Origin: Zancudomyces culisetae HAW-14-8
Lineage: Eukaryota; Fungi; Kickxellomycota
Direction of reading: 5' to 3'
Length of the DNA stretch: 64,000 nt
Assembly: GCA_052426225.1 (NCBI GenBank)
Contig: JBNJNM010000011.1
Span: 3,038,001-3,102,000, forward strand
Within the stretch, counting starts at the first letter, position 1, and every line of letters starts with the position of its first letter. The notes under the pieces are model-generated. The model was not told the origin of the DNA. It did not search any database and was given only the letters and a program-made list of their open reading frames with translations. This document shows, piece by piece, positions 24,616 to 35,837 of the stretch. The translations under genes were made by a program, and so were the position numbers.

Positions 24616-25812
24616 ATGGTTTCGGAATCTTTTAATCTTGAAAACATTGTTCGAAAGAACATTCTCAAGCTAAAACCCTACAGGTGTGCACGAGATGACT
24701 ATAATACTGGAATACTTTTGGACGCAAATGAGAATACCTATGGCGCAGTTACTAACTTGTGCGTGAAGGACGGAGCTCTTCTAGAAACCCCTAAAAAAGA
24801 TGAGCTTGAAGCAAACAGATACCCCGATCCACTAGCAAGAAAAGTAAAAAATCGATTCATAAAGCTCAGAAATATTGATAGCGTTGATAATGTGTTTGTT
24901 GGTGTAGGAAGCGATGAAGTTATTGATATTGTTGTTAGAGTATTTTGTGAACCAAAAAAAGACAAAATTCTCATAACACCACCAACATACGGAATGTACA
25001 GTGTGGTTGCAAATATCAACGATGTAGGAATTGAGGCTATCAATCTTATTACAGAAAATGGCTCCTTCCAACTAAATACGTCTGAAGTAGTTAAAAAACT
25101 AGAGGAAGATAGTGAAATAAAAATCGTGTTTCTTTGTTCACCCGGAAACCCAACAGGAACCTCTCTCGATCTCAAAGACATTGAAAAAGTCTTAAATTCG
25201 AGGTATAACGGCATAGTAGTTGTAGATGAGGCCTATGTAGACTTTGTATCAGCTGACGACAACCAATACTCTCTAGCACAAATGGCTACCAAATACAAAA
25301 ACTTGGTTGTTATGCAAACGCTTTCCAAGAGCTTTGGCTTAGCTGGTGTCCGACTTGGTTTTGGCATTTCGAATCCTGCAATAATCGAACTCTTCAATCG
25401 AATCAAACCTCCATACAACATATCCGTGCTATCTCAAGAGTATGGTTATTTGGCCCTATCAGACGATTCTCTGGCAGTCATGAAGCACATCGTTGGTGAG
25501 ATAAAGTCTCAAAGAGATAATTTTTTAGTTCCCAAATTGGTGGAACTTCCGGGAATAAACGCTATCCTTGGAGGAAACAATGCCAACTTTGTGCTTGCTC
25601 AATTTGTTGACAGTGATGGCTCTCCTGATAATCAGTTGGCTTCATTCGTATACAAAACATGTGCTGATAGTTTGGGTCTTGTTATTAGGTTTAGGGGTAA
25701 CGAGCCAGGATGTGAAGGGTGTTTGAGAGTAAGTGTAGGAACGCCAACCGAAAATGTCCAAGTTGTTGAAAAAATAAGGCGTGCAGTGGAAATGTATAAT
25801 GCTAATAATTAG
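24616..25812 (+). CDS. HIS5: Histidinol-phosphate aminotransferase
   Basis: Motifs PYRCARDDY, LLDANEN, NRYPDP, GVGSDE, PPTYGMY, CSPGNPTG, VVVDEAYVDF and TLSKSFGLAGVRLG (PLP lysine). Confidence 0.96.
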   Translation: MVSESFNLENIVRKNILKLKPYRCARDDYNTGILLDANENTYGAVTNLCVKDGALLETPKKDELEANRYPDPLARKVKNRFIKLRNIDSVDNVFVGVGSDEVIDIVVRVFCEPKKDKILITPPTYGMYSVVANINDVGIEAINLITENGSFQLNTSEVVKKLEEDSEIKIVFLCSPGNPTGTSLDLKDIEKVLNSRYNGIVVVDEAYVDFVSADDNQYSLAQMATKYKNLVVMQTLSKSFGLAGVRLGFGISNPAIIELFNRIKPPYNISVLSQEYGYLALSDDSLAVMKHIVGEIKSQRDNFLVPKLVELPGINAILGGNNANFVLAQFVDSDGSPDNQLASFVYKTCADSLGLVIRFRGNEPGCEGCLRVSVGTPTENVQVVEKIRRAVEMYNANN

Positions 25813-26392
25813 CCTATGGATCATCTCTAGAACATGTTATGCTCTACAATATACACTTGAGAGGTTATTATATATATTTATACCACTTATATATCAATAT
25901 TCATGTTTCTTTTTTTTTCTTCTCTTGTCCCTTTTTAGCTTTATTGTGTTCTCATTTTGTCATCGTTTTGATAACATACCAGTATGCCTAGTTGAAGGAA
26001 AGAGAAATAAATAATTGATTCTGTATATAATACAAAAAGGTAAATAAAATACATGCACATCAAGTTTTATCCTTAGATCTAATTCAGTCACACCAGGATA
26101 ATGTATGGCTGATATTCAACAAACTGACGCATACAAAATAACAAAAAAACTTAAAATGATATGTTTAGGTTTGGTCTGCTTGGAATAACAATAGTTTATT
26201 TAACAGTACAATGTACAAAGTAATGGAAAGTACAAACAAAAACAGTAGAATTCCAGTTGACGAATGGGTGGGGGTAATGCTCTAGTTGTACCATGAATGA
26301 CTTTCGGAACAAATCTTGTATAGAATCTCTTCCTCCCCCCTCCCACCTTCCGCCCAAATAAAAAGGAAAGTTGCTCCAAAAATAAATCTGGC

Positions 26393-27421
26393 TTAGAATG
26401 GATTTTGGTTAAACGATAGCTGGTTTCTCTAATATTTTTATAATTGTCAGTGTGAAAATGCTATATCTTTAATAAATATTGAGCAGAAAAAATAAGCGTA
26501 AAGATAAGTTAACTGACTTACCAAATTCATTAGTTGTAGCTGTTGGTCCTGGGGAAGCTGTGATATTTGCTCTGGAGAAAGGTTCATTAGCTGCTGTAAA
26601 AGCTGGTTTTGCTGCATTGACTGGATGGCTATTTATCACAATATTAAAAATACACGTTATAAACTATTATTAATTAGTATAATAGTAGTTTAGTTGGATA
26701 TATCAGGTAAACATAGAAGTTTTCAATTACGTTGTGAAAAGTCATTAACGTTTGGGGGCTGTCTAAATTGGTTTTGCATTCCAGACTGGAATTGATTATT
26801 GAAATTTCTACCAGGCATATCTGCGTCATTGAATAGTGGATTTTGTATCTGTTGAAATGAAGGTGCAAGTATTCGTTGAATTGTGATTGCATCAATCATT
26901 TTAAATTCGGACATAGTATGAAATAGTGCGTATGCTAGCTGAGGGTTTTGCATCAGTATACCTTTAGTTTGATTTAAATCTTTTATACATGAATCTCTAA
27001 TCTGACAGAGGAGCTCTTTCCGTTGTTGAACGCTCAGGGAAGAAATTATGTTTGCTATTTCTTGAGTAACAGGTGCATTTGGATCTGTACCTGGTATTTT
27101 CTGTGTATCTTGCTGTGCACCCATGCTTTTTGTATTCGAGCCCTGGGTCTGTCCTGTCGATTTAGGTCCGGAAGATTCGGCAAAGTCCAATCTTATTTTC
27201 CTTCCATTGAGTTCCAAATCTTGTAGATTTCTTATTGCGCTGCTTGCAGTTTCAGCATCTGGGTACTCACAAAAGCCATATCCCTTGGGTTTTCCGGTTT
27301 CTCGATCAAAGATTAATTTAAAATCTATCACAGGTCCCACATCACTGAACACATCCTTGATCTGCTCCTCGGTCATGTCAAATGGAAGATTTCCGACAAA
27401 TACAACATTAGAAGTTCCCAT
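26393..27421 (-). CDS. RNA15: Cleavage stimulation factor subunit Rna15/CstF-64, 3 exons
   Basis: N-terminal RRM ([23 protein letters not shown]) and hinge motif NPQLAYAL. Two spliced 3' exons give the CSTF C-terminal domain [28 protein letters not shown]|[11 protein letters not shown]. Confidence 0.92.
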
Positions 27422-27890
27422 ATTTGATTATTTGTTCGATAGATGTTTTTATATTATATTTTTATTTTTACAGAATTGCGTTGAAGATTGCGTAGAGTGT
27501 ATAGCTAAAGATTTTTATACGTTGAAAAGATGAAATCTTTTGGAAACCACTTTGGTTGAGTTATAAATCTATTTGTAAGAATAATCGAATTTGCACTTAA
27601 ATTCTTCATAAAAGCTGTAGTATTACACTCATAATACGCACCCTAAAACAATAACCAAGAAGAAAAAATTATATCCAGCAGTAATTGGATAAAAAAATTT
27701 ACGGCTCATTGCCAATTAAATTTTACTTTGAATAATTTTTATAGAGGTCTAATTTTGCTATAGATCTGAAAGTTGTGATTTTTTAATTTTTTTTTGGAGA
27801 TTAAATAAGAGGTAAATAACTATTTCGAATCCTTTTTTTTTCAAAACAGGCAAATATAGTATATATCTGGTGCTGAACTAAATAGTAAAA

Positions 27891-28885
27891 ATGGTAAGTG
27901 CATAAAGTTATGATATAGTGACTCTAGGTGTGTTAATATTGAACTCTCAGTCCGTGCTGCCAGTGTTGCGAACTTTAATTTACTACCTCCGAAAGAAAAG
28001 AAATTAATTGCATTTGATGATATATTCGAATCTGCGCTTTCAAAATACACTTTAATTTACAAGCAATGGTGTACGATTCGAAGTGTGAAATGTTATATAC
28101 GTTTGTATTGGACACTTTTCACTAAGAATAACAGGATTTAAGCTTTTTTTAAGGTGAATGAGAGTATAGCGAAACTTTGAAACATTGTGGTTAAAGATTA
28201 GCTTTATTTGGTTATTCATGGTGGGATTGTATATCTTATTGCGGGGGTTTGAGTGATGTTTGTTTAATATGTATTTTCTGGTTGAGACAAGGTTTTTTTT
28301 TTGAAAAAGTCTGTACTAGAGCTAACATCATTTACTATTCAACTGTAGTCCGCTGAAAATACCGATTCTAAGACCGCCAACCCAATGCGCGAGTTGTACA
28401 TTGAAAAGTTGGTTTTGAACATCTGTGTGGGTGAATCTGGTGATAGATTGACTAGAGCTGCCAAGGTTTTGGAACAACTTACCGGACAAGTACCAGTATA
28501 CTCCAAGGCACGATACACAGTCAGATCCTTCGGTATTCGTCGTAACGAAAAGATCTCAGTCCACGTAACCGTCCGCGGTCCAAAGGCTGAAGAAATTCTC
28601 GAAAGAGGTTTGAAGGTCAAGGAATACGAACTTAGAGCAGGATGCTTCTCAGATAAAGGAAACTTTGGTTTCGGTATCCAGGAACACATTGACTTGGGTA
28701 TCAAATACGATCCAGGAATTGGTATTTACGGTATGGACATGTACGTTGTTATGGGACGTGCTGGAGCTCGTGTTTCACGAAGAAAGCATGCTAAGGGCCG
28801 TGTAGGTTTCCCACATAGAATTACCAAGGACGAGACTGTCCAATGGTTCAAACAGAAGTACGATGGTATTATCTTGAACAAATGA
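27891..28885 (+). CDS. RPL11: 60S ribosomal protein L11 (uL5); exon 1 is the ATG only, intron 27894-28348
   Basis: ATG|gtaagt...ctgtag|TCCGCT is in frame with [34 protein letters not shown]. Confidence 0.97.
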
Positions 28886-29844
28886 TCAACTTTTTCTCCG
28901 CTGTTTTAATTTTATTTGTTTAAATACCTTTTATAATAAAGACATTGTTACTATATTATATTTGTTATTAGCTGGGCGTTTATTGTTAATAACCATTAGC
29001 TGTGCGGGGTTTTCATTATATGGAATACGTTTTGGCAGTGAACGCTGCTGGTTATACTCATACTGCTTAATGAATTGACATCCCGTGTAGTAGGATGAGT
29101 TCTACTTGTTTGCAGAGCTGTCGGAACTGACGAGAATGAAGCCGAAGAAGCTTACTACTAGAATGATACTCTCGAAATGACAAGTCCAAAATCTCGAGAT
29201 GGCTGCTGAACAGGAATCTCGAGGGAATGAATAATTGGATTTACCTACAACTTATATACCCTGAGCACAAGCAGAGGCTTATGGCGATAGAGAAGATAAG
29301 AAGAGGTAGGTTCTGAACAGCAGAGAGGCTGGTAAAGTTGGAGACAATAGATGAAAAGGAGCGCAGAAGAACAAGATTTTATACACTATAGTACTTCATT
29401 TTTTAAAAAATTGAAAAATATAGAAACGTATCCAGGGAAGATTTTATACACTATAGTACTTCATTTTTTAAAAAATTGAAAAATATAGCGATATCGACTA
29501 TTGACAGCGACTAAAATCACACAACATCTTAAATAAAATATTACCTTTAAAACAAGCCTAAAAACATTAAAAACCATAAGAAAAAAAAAGATATATAGCA
29601 ATAAAAAAACATAAGAAAAAACATAAAAAGATAACAAAAAGATAACAAAAAAAGTTATAAAAAACCCAAAAAACATAGTAAAAAGTACCCAAAAGGTCAT
29701 AAAAAACTCATAAAAAACACGTCTAAACCGAGATTAGTACTGATCTCGACACATTTAGTCCAACTGAACATAAATCTAAACCTAAATCTACTAAATTTAA
29801 CTGACCTTAAATCCAAAAAAACCCTAAGAAACGTCTGCGAAGAT

Positions 29845-31506
29845 ATGGCATCAACGCAGACGAAAGAAAAGTCCTATGCGCAAACTGCGCAAAGGGGCAG
29901 CTACCAAGCTGCAAGAGGAGGTAGAGCGATGCTCTACCAACAATACTCTATCCTCCACTGGGTCGATGAGAGACCCGATGTAGGGAATATGATTGTTTGC
30001 AGAACCAGAGATGAGCGAAAACTCGCCATCCGAACCAGAAGCATCAACGCAAACTATGATGCAGCAATGGGTGAGATCTCTGATACCCTAAAAGACTTTG
30101 AAGTATCATTCGACCAAGACAGAGAAAGAGGAGTTCTGTTTGTCTGGTTCAAAACAGTGGAAGACGCAGAAGCGGCTAGAAAGATCAAAAAAACTGTGTC
30201 AGGAAAGGAGCTAGATCTGTGGAACACCTTTCAACACACTGAAGTAACGAAAGTGGTGACCATACCATCATTCAAGAACGATGAGATCCATGGATTCGTC
30301 GCAAATCTATACCAAGTAATGAAGCACTATGGTGAGATTGCAGACATTATGGCATTAAGGGTGGCGGGCAACGATCACTTCGTTGTCAACAGCCTAAAGG
30401 TACTAATAAGGATGCACAAGGGAGCTAAACTGCCTACAACAATAGTGGTAAAGGATGAAAAGATCAATCTGATCTGGGATGGGGCGCCAGCCTCTTGCAC
30501 ATACTGCAAGATTGAGGGTCACTGGAAGAGTGAATGCCCTGAACTGGCAAAACAAAGAAAAAGAAACAGACCAGACAGGTACAGAGAAATAAAACAAATG
30601 ATAACAGAAGGTAAAAACCAGATTGAACAGGAGAGACAAAAAGAAATGGAAATGAATAAGGAGTTAGAAATGCAGAATGAACTAGAAAACCAACACGAAA
30701 AAAAAAGACAACAAGAACAGGAAAAACGCCAGGAACGGGAAAAGCAGCAAAAAGAAGCCGAAAAGGAAGCGGAAAACGAAGCTGATAATGAAAATGAAAA
30801 TGAGAAGGAAAGGGCAAGCGATAAAGAAAGCTTTGACGACGACTACGAAAGTCGTATGGACGAAGGTTACGACTCGGAAGAGGAAAAACAAGAACGAGTA
30901 CAAAATGAAGAGGAAGCACGAAAACAAGCAGAACTGGAGAAAGCAGAAAACATGGAGGTGGAAAATATCATCAACGAAGTTATCTTTAATAACAACATTA
31001 GTAAAAAAAAAACAAAAAAACAAAAATTCAAAATACTGAAACAAAGCAGTAAACAAAAACAGATCAAAAAGATCAATAAACAAAAAAAAAATAAGGAAGA
31101 CAATGCAGTCATAAGGCTGGCACAAAAGCTTGCGATGAAGGAAAAAGAAGTAAAAGAAAGAATAGAAAGAGAATCACTTACAGCAGAAGGGGAGACACGA
31201 ATGGAAGCACAGCCACAACAAGAGGAACAAGGGCAAGAACAACAACAACTACAAGAGCAGCAACAAGGACAAGAGCAGCAACAAGGACAAGAGCAGCAAC
31301 AAGGACAAGAGCAAGTACAAGAACAACAGCAAGCACAGGAACAGAATCAAACGCAAAACCAGCAAGAGGCACCACACGGCGAGGCGGAAGACAGCGGAAC
31401 CGGAAAACCTCCGGATCAAGACAACAGCAATCAAATCGGTCCCAGCATCCATGATGCGGAGATGGAGGAAGACCCTCCTTCATCTCCGATAAATGTAATG
31501 GATTAA
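29845..31506 (+). CDS. LINE ORF1 (gag-like nucleic-acid-binding protein), copy Y
   Basis: RRM-like N-terminus, CCHC knuckle CTYCKIEGHWKSEC, charged coiled coil and QEQQQG repeats. Confidence 0.9.
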   Translation: MASTQTKEKSYAQTAQRGSYQAARGGRAMLYQQYSILHWVDERPDVGNMIVCRTRDERKLAIRTRSINANYDAAMGEISDTLKDFEVSFDQDRERGVLFVWFKTVEDAEAARKIKKTVSGKELDLWNTFQHTEVTKVVTIPSFKNDEIHGFVANLYQVMKHYGEIADIMALRVAGNDHFVVNSLKVLIRMHKGAKLPTTIVVKDEKINLIWDGAPASCTYCKIEGHWKSECPELAKQRKRNRPDRYREIKQMITEGKNQIEQERQKEMEMNKELEMQNELENQHEKKRQQEQEKRQEREKQQKEAEKEAENEADNENENEKERASDKESFDDDYESRMDEGYDSEEEKQERVQNEEEARKQAELEKAENMEVENIINEVIFNNNISKKKTKKQKFKILKQSSKQKQIKKINKQKKNKEDNAVIRLAQKLAMKEKEVKERIERESLTAEGETRMEAQPQQEEQGQEQQQLQEQQQGQEQQQGQEQQQGQEQVQEQQQAQEQNQTQNQQEAPHGEAEDSGTGKPPDQDNSNQIGPSIHDAEMEEDPPSSPINVMD

Positions 31507-31522
31507 CATCCTATTCAAGTAA

Positions 31523-34500
31523 CAGAAATACATAAGTACAACAATAACAACAACAACAACACAAACAAAAATAACAACAAATATCATAACTGATAAACTA
31601 CTGGTACTCAACATACCAGAATTGTCTCAGAAAACTGTAAAATATTTTTTTTCGTTCATCACAAAAATCGAAAAAAAAAATTTACACGTTAAAAAAATCA
31701 AACAGAAAAATAAATCTTACCGCTTCGAAATCCAAAAAATCGACGGCTCCATGATTCGCATTACCGACCTAAATAAATTGAAGTTGGAAAAAAAATTAAA
31801 GTGTATACTAAAAGTTGAAGAAAATAAAAATGAAAGAGAGAAAAATTTAAAAAACAAAAAAACAAAAAATTTATACCAAAAAAAAATTGAAAAAAAAAAT
31901 GAAAAAATTAACCTAAAAATAATGACATACAACGTATGCTCAATAAAAAATAAAAAATATGAATTAGATTATTTTTTAACCAAAGTAAATCCAACCATAC
32001 TATGCTTGCAGGAGACCCACCTGCAGGAGAAGTCTGGGAGGATGAACATAAATGGCTACACATGTGTAGAGTCAAAAAGGCCGACACTAAAGACGGGTTC
32101 TGGTCTTCTAGTGGGGGTAAAAAAAAATATTGGCTGGCACATAGAGGAGTATAAAAATAATAATACCTGGATGGCCGCAAAAATACATGGATATACAGAA
32201 AAGGAGCATAAAAGACTGGAAGTGATGGTTGTGAATGTACACACACCACACAAGCCCAGAGAAAGGACACAGATGAAGAAGGAAGTAGAAGACTTTATAA
32301 ACAAAGAATACGGTAGAAACAGAGAAATAAAAATAATACTATGCGGAGACTTCAACATGAGGACGAGCATCGTCACACCATGGTTGAAAAAACTCAGGTG
32401 TATAGTCAGGAGAGCCCCGACAAGGAAACGAAGCGGAACTAGGATAACAAAAAAGCGACTGAAGAACACCATCGATCACATCTTTTATACCCCCACAGTA
32501 GGACAATTCGTGACAACAAAACTACACAAAAAAATTGACCTCAGTGATCATCTGGCTATTACAGCCAACTTTACCATTGAGGAAATTAAACCAGAGCAGC
32601 AAAAAAAAATTGTCAACCGGAAACTATTGGACCAAAAATCAGAACTGTTCAGAACTCACAATAAATTTTCAATTTTGACATCTCTTAACGAAACTGACGA
32701 ACTAATCAGTGAAACCGTTAATGAGACTAAAAAATTGATGGATAAGATTACAAGAAAAAATAATCCAAACCCAAAAAATAATGAGAAATTGGCCGAAAAA
32801 AATTCCGAAGCCAAAAAAAATCAACATTTTTTAAGTAAAAAAACGCGAAAGATGATCAAACTTCGTTGCAAATTGTTCAAAAAAATGCTCAGAACTTGTG
32901 ATGAACACGAGAAAGAGCTGTTTTATAATGATTACGTCCAGATGAAATCTAAAACTTCAAAGCTAATAAAAAGTGACCAAAAATTACATAATAAAAAGGA
33001 GTTAGTGAAACTATGTGAACACATCAAAGGCAATGATGCCAAGACGATGTGGAGATGGTTAAAAATGAGAGCTCTAAATAAAAAATCTGTGTTTAATAAC
33101 GGAGGAGTCCTGGATGAATCAGGAAGGGAGATAACAGAGGAGGCAGAAAAACTCAAAGTATGGATAAAACATTTCTACAAGCTATCGAAGAATGAAAACT
33201 CAGCATTAAACACAATCCCAGAAGAAAGAGAGGAGGAAGTGGACTACTTCAGAGAATGCGACGAAGAACCAACATGGACAGAAGTTAAAGAAGCGCTAAA
33301 AGAAACTCCGAGAAACAAAGCAGCGGGTGAAGATGGCATTCCGAGCGAAATCTGGAAATTTATACAGAGCGATGAAGATCCAGAATCGGAACTTGCAGTA
33401 CTTTTATTAACCATAATTAAAAAATTCTGGAATAATCCAAAGTTAAACAGTGAAAACAATACCAGCGTAATCGTTCCTATTTTCAAAAAAGGAAACACTA
33501 AAGACCCAAACAATTATAGGGGGATTTCGCTAATCCCAACCATAACCAAACTTATAGCCAAAATAGTCGCTAATAAATTAAGATTAATAGATAATAGACA
33601 TATATTATTAGCAAAAGAGCAAGCGGGATTCAGGACACTGGAGGAATGCGTAGCTCAAGCCACAGCGCTATACGAAATTATAAAAAGGCGAAAAATCAAT
33701 AATACAAAAACCATAATTTGTTTTATTGATTTTGAAAAAGCCTACGACAAAGTGCAACACAATTTATTATTCAAAAAATTAAAAATGAACAAAATTAATG
33801 GTAAATTACTGGCAGTAATTAAAGAACTCTATAATAACGCAAAAATAAAAGTAAGGGTAGGAAATGGATTATCGGAGGCGATGAACTTCGAAAGAGGTGT
33901 TCGCCAAGGATGCCCAGCCTCACCAATGCTTTTTGATATTTTTATCAACGATATATTTGAAGGAATGGAGGGAATAGAAGTACCAGGAATTCAAGAAAAA
34001 ATTCCGGGACTACTATTTGCAGACGATACAGTTTTATTGTCAGACACCCCAGAACAGATGCAAGAAGCTCTTAACATGATGCAGCAATGGTGTCAGAAGT
34101 GGGACATGAAGGTGAATGCTAGCAAGAGTGCGATTATGACAGTTGAAGCAGTGAATAGAACAAGCGACGAAAATAACAATAATATTGAAATTACGATTCC
34201 AGAATACTTTTTGGGAAGTGCAAAAGTACCAGAAGTAGATGAATATAAATACTTGGGTGTTATATTCAATAAATATTGGAATAACAAGCTACACATACAG
34301 GAGAGGAAAGAAAAAGTACAAAGAGCAACCATGAGCAACTACTATCTACTCAAAGACAGAAATACACCGCTGTTGATGAAAAAGATGGTAATTAGGTCGA
34401 TAGTCATTGCGGTCGCTGGGTATGGAGGTGAAATGTTCGGCATGTCTGAAGCAAGGGTAAAACCGATACAGCAAGCCGTGGACAACGCGATAAGAATAGC

Positions 34501-35368
34501 CATGGGAGTGGGCAGATCGACATGTATGAGGAGATTGCGAGAAGAATTAAATATAACAGATATTTACAGTAGAACGACCAGAGCTAGAGACAGAGCATTC
34601 CACAAATGGAGTGGCATGAAAACATGGATAGCAGATTTAATACAGAACCCCTTCAAACACTCGAAGGACACTTGGGTCACAGGGTACACAAGGTGGTCTA
34701 ACAGATTCAACAGGATCAAGATTGATAATGTACCAACCGGAGAGATAAGAAAAACCAAAGAGACACTCGAGATAAACAACAGACTGAAAGACAAGTCGAA
34801 TATTACAAAGTGGATAAAGGAAGTTGGAGCAGGCCGACAAAGGAACTGGGTCGACTTACAAGCGGCCTTTCCACAGTACATGAAACACATTCTTTTCGTA
34901 GGTCGAATTCGAATAGGCCAATTTTGGACCGCCACGAGATTAGCAAATTCGGGTTTTATAGATCCAGATTACAAAGCCAAATGTCCGTTCTGTAAGAAAG
35001 AAGAAAAAGAAACAGTTGAACATTACCTATTAGATTGCAGCAGATGGGACGAAATTAGGAATGATTTACTTACCGAATTTATAGATTTTTATAGTTCTTT
35101 TTTATCTAGCACGATTTCCGAGTGTGTTGAGCTTCGCAGGAAAATCGTGGGTAAACTCCTGGGGGAGGAGTTAAAGCTCAAACTACCTGGGATTCTTCGG
35201 GATCCAAACGCCACTTGCGTTAGAGCAGTGGTTTCCACAGCCCGGTTTCTTAACGAGACCTTTTTACCTCGCTACCTAGTGTTGAAAGACATTAGTGTAG
35301 TCCCACTCCCCTTGAACCAATGCCCATCGGGTACGGAGACTCTAGAGAGTCGAAGGGGGATAGGATGA
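31523..35368 (+). CDS. LINE ORF2 (APE endonuclease, reverse transcriptase, CCHC), copy Y; true start uncertain
   Basis: APE motifs TYNV, LQET, CGDFN, IDHIF, SDH. RT motifs NYRGISL, QAGFR, FIDFEKAYD, GVRQGCPASP, LLFADD, YKYLG. C-terminal CPFC-x8-H-x4-C. The frame is open from 31523; first ATG is at 31751. Confidence 0.95.
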   Translation, partial: QKYISTTITTTTTQTKITTNIITDKLLVLNIPELSQKTVKYFFSFITKIEKKNLHVKKIKQKNKSYRFEIQKIDGSMIRITDLNKLKLEKKLKCILKVEENKNEREKNLKNKKTKNLYQKKIEKKNEKINLKIMTYNVCSIKNKKYELDYFLTKVNPTILCLQETHLQEKSGRMNINGYTCVESKRPTLKTGSGLLVGVKKNIGWHIEEYKNNNTWMAAKIHGYTEKEHKRLEVMVVNVHTPHKPRERTQMKKEVEDFINKEYGRNREIKIILCGDFNMRTSIVTPWLKKLRCIVRRAPTRKRSGTRITKKRLKNTIDHIFYTPTVGQFVTTKLHKKIDLSDHLAITANFTIEEIKPEQQKKIVNRKLLDQKSELFRTHNKFSILTSLNETDELISETVNETKKLMDKITRKNNPNPKNNEKLAEKNSEAKKNQHFLSKKTRKMIKLRCKLFKKMLRTCDEHEKELFYNDYVQMKSKTSKLIKSDQKLHNKKELVKLCEHIKGNDAKTMWRWLKMRALNKKSVFNNGGVLDESGREITEEAEKLKVWIKHFYKLSKNENSALNTIPEEREEEVDYFRECDEEPTWTEVKEALKETPRNKAAGEDGIPSEIWKFIQSDEDPESELAVLLLTIIKKFWNNPKLNSENNTSVIVPIFKKGNTKDPNNYRGISLIPTITKLIAKIVANKLRLIDNRHILLAKEQAGFRTLEECVAQATALYEIIKRRKINNTKTIICFIDFEKAYDKVQHNLLFKKLKMNKINGKLLAVIKELYNNAKIKVRVGNGLSEAMNFERGVRQGCPASPMLFDIFINDIFEGMEGIEVPGIQEKIPGLLFADDTVLLSDTPEQMQEALNMMQQWCQKWDMKVNASKSAIMTVEAVNRTSDENNNNIEITIPEYFLGSAKVPEVDEYKYLGVIFNKYWNNKLHIQERKEKVQRATMSNYYLLKDRNTPLLMKKMVIRSIVIAVAGYGGEMFGMSEARVKPIQQAVDNAIRIAMGVGRSTCMRRLREELNITDIYSRTTRARDRAFHKWSGMKTWIADLIQNPFKHSKDTWVTGYTRWSNRFNRIKIDNVPTGEIRKTKETLEINNRLKDKSNITKWIKEVGAGRQRNWVDLQAAFPQYMKHILFVGRIRIGQFWTATRLANSGFIDPDYKAKCPFCKKEEKETVEHYLLDCSRWDEIRNDLLTEFIDFYSSFLSSTISECVELRRKIVGKLLGEELKLKLPGILRDPNATCVRAVVSTARFLNETFLPRYLVLKDISVVPLPLNQCPSGTETLESRRGIG

Positions 35369-35440
35369 GTTTAGATTATAGATTGTTTTTAATTGTTTAT
35401 AGGAACTGTTTATTTTCTAAATAAATTTTTTTTTCTACCG

Positions 35441-35471
<31 letters not shown>

Positions 35472-35837
35472 AAAATATAGCGATATCGACTATTGACAGC
35501 GACTAAAATCACACAACATCTTAAATAAATTATTACCTTTAAAACAAGCCTAAAAACATTAAAAACCATAAGAAAAAAAAAAGATATATAGCAATAAAAA
35601 AACATAAGAAAAAACATAAAAAGATAACAAAAAGATAACAAAAAAAGTTATAAAAAACCCAAAAAACATAGTAAAAAGTACCCAAAAGGTCATAAAAAAC
35701 TCATAAAAAACACGTCTAAACCGAGATTAGTACTGATCTCGACACATTTAGTCCAACTGAACATAAATCTAAACCTAAATCTACTAAATTTAACTGACCT
35801 TAAATCCAAAAAAACCCTAAGAAACGTCTGCGAAGAT

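Larger units (their letters stand above)
29424..35461 (+). mobile_element. LINE copy Y, full length, nested in the 5' UTR of copy X
   Basis: Flanked by a 19-bp TSD AAAAAATTGAAAAATATAG (29405-29423 and 35462-35480). Poly(A) tail starts at 35441. Near-identical to X. Confidence 0.9.

Noticed and set aside
29373-29488. 51-bp direct repeat with a short spacer as a CRISPR-like array or LTR
   Set aside because: Only two units in a eukaryote with no cas genes. It is fully explained by the 5' ends of X and Y plus the TSD.
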